A stretch of DNA of 64,000 bases from Eledone cirrhosa (lineage: Eukaryota), in NCBI GenBank assembly GCA_964016885.1, contig OZ024740.1:386260001-386324000 (forward strand), written 5' to 3'. Below the pieces are notes generated by a model. That model was not told where the DNA came from and did not search any database. It saw nothing but the letters and a program-made list of their open reading frames with translations. A program made the position numbers and the translations under genes. Positions 34,296-46,265 of the stretch are shown piece by piece (the first letter of the stretch is position 1; each line of letters opens with the position of its first letter).

Positions 34296-35639
34296 CTAGG
34301 TAAAAATATATAACATACATCAACAGCAAATTTAGTTATTACAAAGCAGAATCTTACTTTTCTCATAAGCTCCAAGTTCACCAAAACAAATAAATCCAAG
34401 CTAAAACAGTGATGCTTCTCTTACAGAGCCTTTATTAAATAAATTTTGTTCACATTCATAAATAGTCTAACTGGATCCTGTTTCTGGAAAAAATAGGATT
34501 GCCTCTATTATACTAAAATTGTTATTTTTTGGTTTTGTTTTTACCCACAATTTATATCCTTGTCATAGGAAAAGGAAATACAATGGGAAAGAAAAGGATA
34601 TGATATAAACAAGCATATAATACATACTTGAATAAAAAAAAAAAAAAAAATTTGGGGTGTTTTATTACAACAGCATGCAAAGCATATCCAGCATGTACAA
34701 ACTTCAGCAGATGTGAAAGAAATATTTCCTATATAACATAAGTTTTATCTAATCAGTCAATTGCTATCTTTATAATTGAAATACAAAATGTTAAAACAGA
34801 ACCAAAAATATATTTAAAAGTGAAAAGGATAAAATGCACTGGATGTATTTTATCATGGTACCAGCACTTGAGGGGTTATTTTGTCTCTAAAAATATCAAT
34901 CCCTTCAGAGCAGCTGACTAAAGGGGTAAATAGAAGAGAGCTATGTCAGAAGTATAAAAGCAAAAGGGTGAAAGAAGAAGGAATATGAAGAAGAAGTATA
35001 TTGAATATATTTGAATAAAAAATATATTTCTTGGGCAGAGGGAACTGGAAAAATTGGAATTTTCTGTGCATCTCATAAAAGTCATCCCTAATTTCCTGCA
35101 GGTAACAGATCAACATTTGCAAGTCAAAAGATTACCCTGTATATAAATGTTATGGTAGAGAAATGAATTATTCTCCTGTTATTCATTCTGATGTGCAATT
35201 CATATAAACATTAAGTTATAGACTTCTCAAGTTCATTATCAAAAAATCATTACTACTACCATTGTATAATTGGCATTTCTTATATAAACTGTACCATAAG
35301 CATTTATCAATATAATTCACTGTAATTACAATATGAATGGGTGGTACTAACAAAACTAACTGTTCATAGAAATAAACAGCCTTGAAAGAGTCAAACTAAT
35401 GTCAGATAAGCAATGAAAGGCAATACAACCTGTGGCAATGATATCACAATTAGCAGTATTACTGTTCACTATTTCTATCAACTACAGCAATCCTGGAGAC
35501 TATAAAAGTCAGGTTAAAGTCAGGTCACAATCTCATTTGGTACAACAGCTGATGTTAATTCCTATATAGCATTTGCAGAATATAGTTGTGTTTGTAAGAA
35601 ATTGCCTCCAAGGGAAAAAAAAAAACATGTATACACCAA

Positions 35640-36260
35640 CAGCATTCAAAGTAAAAGCTATTAAAGTTGCCGAGAAGAATGATATTTATGTACAGTAAAA
35701 GAATCTGGTGTTTTGGGAGAAAAATATCAAACAAATTTTCAGACAATGCCAAAACAAAGTATTGACAGGTCAGCCTTGTAAGTGGCCACAACTGGAAAAG
35801 AAAGCTGTCAAGAGAATACTGAAAAATTGTCAAGATGGAAAATGTCTTGCAGAGCCATATCCAAATCAATACCTAAAAAGAATCAAAAGATGGAATTTTG
35901 GATTTTAAATTAAGTGCCAAATGGTGTACAAAGTTCATAAAATGGTATGATTTAATAACACTTCAAATGGCACAAAAACTCCCTGCTCATCTAGGTAATA
36001 TATTTCACAAATATATCATTTTTTTTAAATCAACAGAAGGCAGCCTATCATGCATTGGAAACATGGACAAAATACCTCTTAATTTTGACATGCTAGAAAA
36101 CCATACTGTGAATCAAATAGAAGAGAAAACAGTGCTGAAGAAAACTAATGGACATGAGAAAAGGAAATTTACTTTAGTTCTTTCTTGTATGGCAGATGAT
36201 ACTAAATTAAAAGTAATGGTTATTTTTAAAAGAAAAACTATGTGAAAGGATAGATTTCTG
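35640..36260 (+). pseudogene. Decayed pogo/Tigger (POGK-like) transposase: HTH and start of the DDE_1 domain
   Basis: KWPQLEK, FKLSAKWCTKFIK, AQKLP, IGNMDKIPLNFDM, GHEKRKFTLVLSCMAD.TKL..MVIFKRKT. A probable acidic C-terminal remnant (..DFAGF*) lies near 36810-36891. Confidence 0.85.
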
Positions 36261-37577
36261 GGATGCATTGAGGTCACATCTAGTGAAGAGTATTGTTGAT
36301 AGTGTCCCATGACAAAACACTGACATAGTGGTAACTTCTGGCAAACTTAGTGTTGGTGCTATAAAATGCACTAAATACACTTTGTAAAGTCCCCAACCCA
36401 TCTTAGAGGAAAGTAGCTCTGACTAAATACTGATTTGATCTGTGAAAACATGTCTAACCCTTACTAGCAGGAAAAAACGGATGTTAAATGATGATGATGA
36501 TGATGATTTTAGTGATTAGATGGTCCTGAAAGGGAATATATGCAGGATGATAATTATTTCTAAAATTGGTACAAGGCCAGCAATTTAGGGGAAGAGAAAA
36601 GTGCTTGACTGGCATTTTATTTTAGCAACTCCCAGAAGGATGAAAGACAAAATCGGCCTCAGCAGTATTTGAACTGAGAACATAGAAAGTTGTAAGTAGA
36701 TACTGCAAAGTATTTTAAGTGATGCGCTACTAATATTGCCAATCCACCACCTTCAACAGGGCGATAACAATGAAACAACAGATAATATACAACCTATAAC
36801 TATGGACAGAGATAATGAAATGGTTCCTTGATGATTATGAAGGTTTATTCAGTGCTGAAGATAATGAATAGCATGATTTTGCAGGATTTTAATGAAATTC
36901 TGTTTGAAATGTTTATAACTGTGTAATAATAATTTACCTGGATAGGGATGGGCTCCCCCAGGTTTAAATGCCCAAGCCATGCCATATACCATATATCACT
37001 ACAGTACCTCTACGGCACTACCAGGAGTTAAAGGCCCATGTTTGTATGCATAAATATAGTTTATAAATTAATTTTCATTCATTGTTTCTCATTTTTGTTT
37101 AAATATTTATAGCCTTTAACACCAATAATTACTTAATTAAAATAAAAGTTCAGCACTGATATACAGTAGTATGATGAGTGTGACTTCAACAAAGGTAGCC
37201 AATCAAGTATAACGAATATGAGTAACAACAGCAAGTGTAAATATTCATGAGAGTACAAGGCAATATTTACATAACAGGACATGTTTTAATGCATATACTA
37301 GATAATTAATGCTACTATTCCTGTGATTGTGCAGTGAGTTAGTAGAATCAATGCAGCATCAGGGAAAAATGTCTTGCAATATTTATTCTAGCTCTTTTCA
37401 ATTCAAAGTTAAATATCCTGCCGAGGTTAAGTTTGCCTTTCATCTTTCCTGTATAATACCAGTCAAGTACAGTGTTATATAATCAACTATAACCCTCGCT
37501 TAAATTTGAGGGCTGGTACCAATATTATATATAATTATTAGTGAAATTAATTTTTTTTTTACTATTCATTTATTTTC

Positions 37578-38014
37578 TAACATCCTGTAAAGATTCAACA
37601 GAAAATATTTGTAAATAAGTTTGTTAGTTCAAATGTTTCTAGTAACTTTACTAGTGGACAGATTGTTGTGAAAAGTTACAGTATTAGAGTAAAATCTTCC
37701 ATCCAAAATGTCATAGTCACAGTGCTGTTTCATATTTTTCCAGAATGTCTTGCCAACAGAGTTCCAAGTGGTACAAGGTACTAAAGGTTAACTCAAAACA
37801 TTTTACAATGATTCAGCAGAAAATATCTAAAAGCATGTTGATTAATTCAAATGTTTATTTATGGTGTCTTTAGTAGTGGACAAATTTTTTGTGAAAATTT
37901 GCAGTGTGAAAAAAAAGACTTTCATTTTTAATGAAAACAGTCACAGTGCCGTTTTCTATTTTTCAAGAATGCCTTGCTAATGCAGTTTGATGTAGTACAG
38001 GACGTTACAAGTAA
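37578..38014. mobile_element. Two diverged M3 MITEs head-to-tail sharing one TTAA (37788-37791)
   Basis: Both units contain gattca.cagaaaatat, tagtggaca, gtcacagtgc.gttt and agaatg.cttgc.aa. Confidence 0.65.
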
Positions 38015-38146
38015 AATATCATTTTGGGTTGTACTTTGAATTTCAGCCCTTCAAAGTAGTACTCATGCAGGAATCAACCCCTGAAATAATTCAACTTTAC
38101 AAGTGTAAAGACAGAGTCTGTGGTCACACACACACACAGGTGCATG

Positions 38147-38177
<31 letters not shown>

Positions 38178-39080
38178 GCACACACACAGCAGAAATTTCA
38201 TCCATAAGATTTTGAAAATCTTTTTCACCCTGTATTGCAATACCACAGAGATACAAAAGTGGGTGATTTAGAATTAAGCCGTTTGAAAATAAATAACCTA
38301 ACATTATGCAGTGTTGCAGTGTTGCATGTAAAGACTCTCAAAGTAGTCTTAGTAAGCGGTTGAAAAATAATAAAATAACTTTATTCAACAAGTTTCAATT
38401 ATAATGTTTGCAATAAAAAATTAATTAAATAAGGAAAGTAAAGGGAGGGAGTGTTGGGGCAGCAAACTCTTCACCCTAGTCTAGGCAGTATATCTCCAAG
38501 TGCACACTCTCACATCATCATAAGAGGACTTGATAATAATTGTAAATTCATCATGACATAAGGCATTATTACATTTCTCTTATATAGCATTTGCATGTTT
38601 ATGGCTATATGGGAAAATGAACATAAGTATTCACTGTTGATGGAGAAATGTTTAGAGATCAATATGTATATGTTGGGTCTATATAAATATATTTTATCTG
38701 ATCTATGAGCTGGTGCCACAATAAAATGTACTCAGTACACTCAGCAAAATCATTGGCACTAGGATGGACATCTAGTTGTAGAAACCAAAATGGAACATTC
38801 TAGAGCGACACATGGGAACCAAAAACATCAAGTAAGACAGTAGCTCCAATTATGGGCTGGTTTGATCTATAATGACCTGCCCAATCTATATCAGCATTGA
38901 TAAATGGATGCAAACTGATGACATATGCGATCACCATCATTATTTGCGTTTTTATGTCCACTGGACAGCATGTTTTGAGAATGTTTTACAGCCTGATGTT
39001 CTTCCCCGTGCCAACCCTTTTTGACGCCTCTTACAACATGTAGGGATACAGTGATCCTATTCTAAAAACTGGGATACCCA

Positions 39081-39286
39081 TGTATGTATATATATATTTA
39101 TCTATATACATATTCTTTATATATACATATATATATATATTTATCTATATACATATTCTTTATATATATATATATATATATTTATCTATATACATATTCT
39201 TTATCTATATATATATATATATATTTATCTATATACATATTCTTTATCTATATACATATTCTTTATCTATATACATGTATATATAT
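39081..39286. repeat. Compound TA minisatellite: (tttatctatatacatattctttat)n with (TA)n spacers
   Basis: Directly visible repeat units. Confidence 0.95.
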
Positions 39287-39601
39287 GGAGGCACATGGCT
39301 TGCAATCGAAAGGTTGTGATTTCAATTCTCAGACCGGGTGATGTGTTGTTTCCTTCAGCAAGACACTTTATTTCACATTGCTCCAGTTTACTCAGCTGTA
39401 GAAATGAGATGATAGGGACTGGGGTCCCTATCATTCCACTGTAAAGTGGTCGTGGAGGTGCCACTGAAAAAAAGCACCCAGCACTCACTGTAAATGAAGT
39501 TGGTGTTAGGAAGGGCATCCAGCTGTAGAAATCAAGCCAGAATCAGGTCCTGTCCCACCCTTGCAAGCAGGGAAAAGCGGACGTAAAATGATGATGATGA
39601 T
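39287..39601 (+). mobile_element. SINE family B with A-box deletion
   Basis: Head ggaggcacatggcttgcaatcg lacks agtggttagagcattggcctt relative to other copies. Standard SINE-B tail. Confidence 0.92.
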
Positions 39602-39612
39602 TATATATATAT

Positions 39613-40028
39613 ATCATCATCACCGTTTTATGTCCGTTCTTCCACGCTAGCATGGGTTAGACGGGTTGTCCTGTTGTGGGCAGTGTCCGGTCGGCTGACC
39701 TTGTCTTGCTCATACAGGAACTGATTCTGGCTTGATTTCTACAGCTGGATGCCCTTCCTAACACCAACCTCATTTACAGTGAGTGCTGGGTGCTTTCTTT
39801 CCGTGGCGCCTACACGTCCACTTTACAGTGAGTGATGGGTGCTTTTTTGCCATGGCACCTCCACGACCACTTTGCAGTGGAATGATAGGGACCCCAGTCC
39901 CTATCATCTCATTTCTACAGCTGAGTAAACTGGAGCAATGTGAAATAAAGTGTCTTGCTCAAGGAAACAACACATCACCCGGTCCGAGGATTGAACTCAC
40001 CTTTCGATTGCAAGGCCAATGCTCTAAC

Positions 40029-40033
<5 letters not shown>
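39613..40033 (-). mobile_element. SINE family B variant carrying the complete RTE LINE 3' terminus
   Basis: 39613-39880 matches LINE copy 2 (60209-60478). 39880-40033 is SINE-B body and head, missing its first ~13 nt. Confidence 0.92.
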
Positions 40034-40068
<35 letters not shown>

Positions 40069-40090
40069 TATAATATATATAATATATATA

Positions 40091-40884
40091 TGACCCTCCA
40101 ACCGTCCTCGGCATTTCATCGCTTTAAGGGCCATATGCCTCAGGTTGGTGCGAACAACGGCTAAAAAAAGTCGTTGGGACACGTAAATAAAGGGGGACGC
40201 TAGAGTAACAACAAAAAGGTTTAAGCAACGGAAAGTGAGTAGAAATAGACAAGTCCCAGATCTCTATGAATATAAACTCTGTGAAATCGTGAACAAGAGA
40301 CGAAAGACCATCAGACCTGGTTGAAATGTGAGCAAGGAAAGAATTTCGCCCAAGTTTGACGGGGGGGAAAAAAGAGAGAGAGAGAAAGAAAAAGGAGAGA
40401 AGAGGAAGAAGAAGAAGAAGAAGATAAGGGGGTCTGGTCTACGAATTCGGTAAACGCAAGTTTTGTGAAGTCGCAGACCTCTCTCTTTCGTCTACGACTT
40501 CACAAAACTTGCGTTTACCAAATTCGTAGACCAGACCCCCTTATCTTCTTCTTCTTCTTCTTCTTCCTCTTCTCTCCTTTTTCTTTCTCCCCCCCCCCCC
40601 CCCCCCCCCCCCCCGTCAAACTTGGGCGAAATTCTTTCCTTGCTCACATTTCAACCAGGTCTGATGGTCTTTCGTCTCTTGTTCACGATTTCACAGAGTT
40701 TATATTCATAGAGATCTGGGACTTGTCTATTTCTACTCACTTTCCGTTGCTTAAACCTTTTTGTTGTTACTCTAGCGTCCCCCTTTATTTACGTGTCCCA
40801 ACGACTTTTTTTAGCCGTTGTTCGCACCAACCTGAGGCATATGGCCCTTAAAGCGATGAAATGCCGAGGACGGTTGGAGGGTCA
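40091..40884. repeat. ~794-bp near-perfect palindrome (arms 40091-40478 and 40490-40884, 11-nt spacer)
   Basis: tgaccctccaaccgtcctcggc...gccgaggacggttggagggtca. The arms differ mainly in the G/GA/GAA low-complexity tract and a few substitutions. Confidence 0.98.
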
Positions 40885-40954
40885 CTGATGAAGGACTCAC
40901 TTTTTCATATGTATCCCATTTGCAACGCCGCAGCTCCATTATTATCATCATATT

Positions 40955-40997
<43 letters not shown>

Positions 40998-42438
40998 AAT
41001 CCATCCCACCTTTGCAAGCAGGGAGAAGCGGACGTAAAGTGATGATGACGATATATATATATATATGTGAATGCTACGTGAACCCCAGATTTTAGAGTAG
41101 GGACACTATATCTCTGCATGTCGTAAGAGGTGACTAAAAGGGTTGGTGTCAAGAAGAACATCTAGCTGTAAAACATTGTGTCAAAACATGCCATCTGACT
41201 CATACCAACGTAGAAAAATAGAGGAACCCCATTTCAGCCACTTATATTCGCGATCATATTCTTTCACTCATTAAGTTAGGTGTAAACAATCATATACTCT
41301 ATTAGAATAAACCAGCTATGATGGGAATATGACAAGAGTATATAGATCACTTAACATATCTCGACTCCCAAAAAGCATACACATCTGCTTTTAACAAGAG
41401 AAAATTCAAGTTGATTGATATCAGGTACAAAAAGAAGGCAGTGAAAAATGGGAGATTAATTTACAACAAATGCAAAGCTAAGTCCTCAAGCCACAATGAT
41501 TCATTAGCTAATGCTTATCTATAATTTCTGAAGCATATTGTTAAGAATCTTATCTCTCTCTGGATGAAATCATAATCTATCAAAAACTTTCCAGATTGGT
41601 TAATCTTATTTTTATATTGGTTCACATAAAAAATTAATGTGATGTCTTGCTCACAGACATAATACTTATAATACTTTTTCCTATTTACCACACACTCAGA
41701 AGATCTTAGTCATAATCACATTTGCCCAACCTGTTCAGCTAATCTTATCTTTCAAAGGATCTTCTACACAGTTACTAAAATCTATTAGAAATAGCAATAA
41801 CATTTCTGAATCACTACTGCAGGATCTTAAAAAAGGAAGCACACACTGGATAATGTAGTCCTATATATATATATAAAAGACGAGATGGTCGTCGGTGAAA
41901 TGCATTTCATCAAAGTTCTGCTTGACCAGAGCTGATATGAGGCTTAACAACAACAGCATGTTTAGGAATTGTGTGTAAGAAGCTGTTATTTCTAACATTT
42001 GTTTCATGCCTCCTCTTGTCAGTTAACCCTTTTGATAACATGTCTGAACAGGTTCATCAACATTACATATATAAAGAAAAAACATTTGTTTTAAAGTGTT
42101 CATGTTTAAATTTTAACCTGTCATCATAATTCTATATAAGAACATTTTCTTAAGTTATATTCTAAACGCCAACTTAATAATAAAATGAGACATTTTACTA
42201 AATCCTTCTAACAAAATGAGACATTTTACTAAATCCCTCTAAGTTTTTATTTTTAAAAGAATTGAAACCACAGGCAGTGTTTTTCATTAGAAATGTGGTA
42301 AGAAAAGTACTAATCATCTAATGACAATTGAGGGAAAGTTGTTGCTATTGGTGATGTAATGTAGATTAATTGTTCACTTTATAGCTCAAAACTAGTGCAC
42401 AAGAGAAACCAACTTAATTGTTAGGAGTGGTACAACAC

Positions 42439-42641
42439 AGCACTCACATTACTCTATATTTACTATTGTATTTTCACGGTAAACACTTTATCTCACATAA
42501 TATTAAATCTGAGATTTTGATATTATCCTTTTGAAAACAATACCTTAACATAAATATGAGCAGGAGGTTATGGCCGGATTGAATAGAAAGAGATAAGAGA
42601 ATTCTGGCTGGATACGGCCGGTTTAAATGCTAAAAGGTTAA
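42439..42641 (-). mobile_element. MITE M1 copy
   Basis: Reverse complement of 46041-46265; ends taaatgctaaaaggTTAA. Confidence 0.8.
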
Positions 42642-45600
42642 TGCAGTCTCACTTTTTAACATAATCCAAGTATGTTACAATCATTTATTTTATAGAACAA
42701 TTTTATACAATTGACTAACTAAAAAATTACATGTCTATCTGCAAAGATTTATTTGAAATTAGAAACAAAAATAGTTATTGTTTTACATCCAGCAGTTCAG
42801 TCAGTAAGTAAACAATTGGCTCTTGTTATAACTTCAAATATACAGTTACGGTTCCTCAAATACTTTACCTTTGTACTATTTTCTTTTCAGATTTCTTTTC
42901 AGTTAAATACTGAGATCAAACTCTGCTTATATATATATATATATATATATCATGGATAGCCTACATTCAGCAAGTTCAAAATAGTATATTGCAGACATAT
43001 AATCAATTATATTATCAGCATAAGCACAGTGTGAAGAATATATCCATCTAGATATTGGCAATTTTGTATAATTTTACTCTATTTTCAGTCCAACCTAATC
43101 GGAGCTATTTTAATTCAAAACTAATGTACAAAATGCTTTACAAGTAATTTTCTGTAATTTTCAAGACTTAGAGGCTTATTCACACTGACAAAGAAACTGT
43201 ATTCCAAACAGCAATAATGTGATGGATGGAGGATAAATCTGACATACATCAAAATTGATCAATATTGTTAATCAATCAAAGTGAAAAGGTAGATGGTCAG
43301 AATGGGACCTGTTAAATGTTTGATATGATAAAATCAATATGCCTACCATTAGTGATATTTTATAAGAAAGACATCTAGAATACAAAGATGTTTAATCAAT
43401 TGAAGCTAGTAACAATTATACATAACATCAGAAAAGTGACCTTGATTAATAAAGATTTAAGTAAGCAAAAATGCTACATAAGGAGTGCAAACAATGAACA
43501 CACAAAATGTGCAGTGAAATCTGATTTGGAAAGCATAATTTCAGGTGCATCAAGTACACTGGAGTAGCTATTCACTGGAAACCATCAATTGTTCAAATGG
43601 CTCACTAAGTTTTGTTACTTAAATGACATAATTAGTCCTGGATGAAAGTTTAGTGAAAGTGTACAGGCAAGATTTTATAGTGAACAGAAATAAGTTTAGC
43701 ATTCTATATGAGACAAATGTGAAGCTATATGAAGAAGTGAATGAAAAAGGATTTACAATTTAACTTGTTAGATATACAATGATACTGACCCATGCTTACA
43801 GTAGAGACAACACAGCTATGAATATGTAATGTAAATGGATATATGCTGAATACATTGTACTGCAATCTTTATGAGAATTGTCATTCATTAATCTGCCTCA
43901 AAATATCACATTAGGATTGCCATAGGGAACCTACTCTCAATTATACTAGTGCAACTACTTACATAGTTCATATAAAACTTGTTCTTTGCAGAACCATCAA
44001 ACCTATACAAAAATAGATGGAAAACACACATATCAATGGTAGAAATGTATCTCTAATTGGCTTTACAACTTGAAACTAGGGTTAAGCAACATTCTTTAAA
44101 AGCAAATGACAGTGTGCATTTCAATAGATGTCCATAAATATTGTTAAATCCCTTCATGGGAATTTAAGAGTAGAATAATCAGGTTTATCAGCATATTTCA
44201 AGAAAATTTGATTAGTCAGAATATTCAAGTGGTTAGGGTGACTTTGATCCATACTGTGCTCAAAGTCAAAGCACAGGAGTTCCTACTGTTCTACTTAAAT
44301 GCCAATAGAAAAGGAGAAAAAAAAAAGAGAATGATCCAACTTAGTGTTAAATTAAAATCATTTTGAAAGAGGTTAGGCCTCTCTTGGGGAACAGCCTGAA
44401 GATTATCCACTAAAGAATACAACTAAGATACTTGAAATAAAGTAGTAATCTCTCTGCAGCTGATATGTGGAAGATTTGTTTTTAAAAAGACAGAAAAAAT
44501 TCTTCATAAAAGGAAAAGGATATTAACATAGTGCGACACAAAACTAATTTGAAAATCAAAAGGAAATGGCATGTATCAGTATGGATGTGCCTATAGCTTT
44601 TGCAGGGCATCTGAAACTAGTAAGCTTAACATAGTTAACATTCATTTTGAATAGTCACAAGTTGATGGTTGCAGGAAAAACATATGCAGAGGAAAAACTC
44701 CAGAAGCCTGAACTAATCAATGTTGATTGGCTGATTTAACAAGTCATTTGTGCATTAACAGCCTCACCACCTCCATGTTAATGTTTGGAAAATAAATGCT
44801 TCTTTACTCCTGATTTGAACAGAACGAAACAATTTGACCTCTATTTGTCTATTAATAAGAGGTTTTTTAAGCCCCAAAATATTAAAGTAAATTAAAAATG
44901 TAAACCATTCTTGTTTTGCTTTTGTTTCACTCATCTATTTCCAACTTGCACTGTACTATAACCTTTTCAAACATTTTAATTATTTAATGTGTGTGCAATA
45001 TCCATTAATAATTTAAATTACGCTGTAATTTTTTTTAAAGTGTTTAAATCTGATTTAAGTGTTTAAACATGATTCTGAAAATGTTCTTATTTGAATGACT
45101 GAATTGTCAGTTTGTTTTACAGCTGGATATTCTTTCTAAAAGTAACCATTCAACTGGTATTGATATCAACTTTCAACAAAGCTGACTGTTGCAAGTCAAT
45201 TAATGTGGTATGCGTTGCTTCTAATAGTAAATATACTTTTTAAACATAGTAACAAGAGATGATATTGAAGCCAAATACAGCAAATCATACTAGTTTCATA
45301 CTTTTTTAGTTACAGGTAATAACAGAGGTAAAGTCATCATCATAACTAATTACTTCACTTCATTGAAGCAAGCAACCATTAAGTAATCAGTAGCAGCAGA
45401 AATATTGCCACAAACAAGAAAACAATGTGCCTCAGCAAGCAATCTGCTTAAGTTATCAGATATTTGGCTATGTTCCCACTGGACAACATAGAAAATTCTA
45501 CTCATATATTCAAGTCCAAATGAGTAGAAATCAACTGGGAAAAACAGAGCTCTCTATAACAAGGAAGATAAAAGGACTTTGCTCCTCATAGCCAATGTTT

Positions 45601-46040
45601 AGTTGTAAGATGGTCTATGTCTGTACAGAAATATAATAAGGTCAATAACAGATGTTTTAAATAGGTGGATAGGAATATACTGCAGAAGTTTTACTTTAGA
45701 AATAAATAAACAGAATTTATAGACAAATGGAGAGAGAAAAGCTCTTAAAGTATTCATGTTGAATTATAATTATCAAGTTGTATCTATTTTTTAACTAGAA
45801 GTACGGTTATGAAAACTTTCATATGCATTGAGAAACCTTTTTTAAATCTTTTCTTTGTTTTTACAGTGTTCCTACATCTATGTATATAGTTAAAAATGGA
45901 ACTTTTCCCCAATTGGTCAGTATACCAAGGTACAATAAGTAATGTCTTGTGGAAAGTAACTATTAAGATATTCATAACAACGGTAGTATATGTAAGGAAA
46001 CCCACAGCAAGTAGATTGATTATGGATTTATACTTTACAC

Positions 46041-46265
46041 TTAATCCTTTAACATTTAAACTGGCCATATCCGGCCAGAATTCTCTCACCTCTTTCTGTT
46101 CAAACTGGCTCTAACCAACCACTCATACTTATGTTAAAGTGTTGTTCTCAAAATAAATAATATCAAAATTTCATAGCTTCGATGTTGTGAAATATTTGTG
46201 AGGTAAAGCCTTTACCACAAAAATATAATAATATATAGATAGTAATGTAAATGCTAAAGGGTTAA
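46041..46265 (+). mobile_element. Intact MITE M1 (piggyBac-type, TTAA target)
   Basis: TTAA-TCCTTTAACATTTA ... TAAATGCTAAAGGG-TTAA. Confidence 0.85.

Noticed and set aside
34358-34483. Two neighbouring minus-strand exon candidates (LGFICFGELGAYEK; KQDPVRLFMNVNKIYLIKA)
   Set aside because: They are too close for both to be real, and I cannot choose without RNA data. The first is phase-compatible and worth checking.
39080-39341. Tyr/Ile-rich ORFs
   Set aside because: Translation of a TA minisatellite.
40465-40851. 128-aa ORF in the palindrome arm
   Set aside because: GTG start and poly-F/poly-P from simple repeats; no credible protein.
42868-42908. Minus-strand exon candidate (YLTEKKSEKKIVQ)
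   Set aside because: Weak acceptor and low-complexity sequence.
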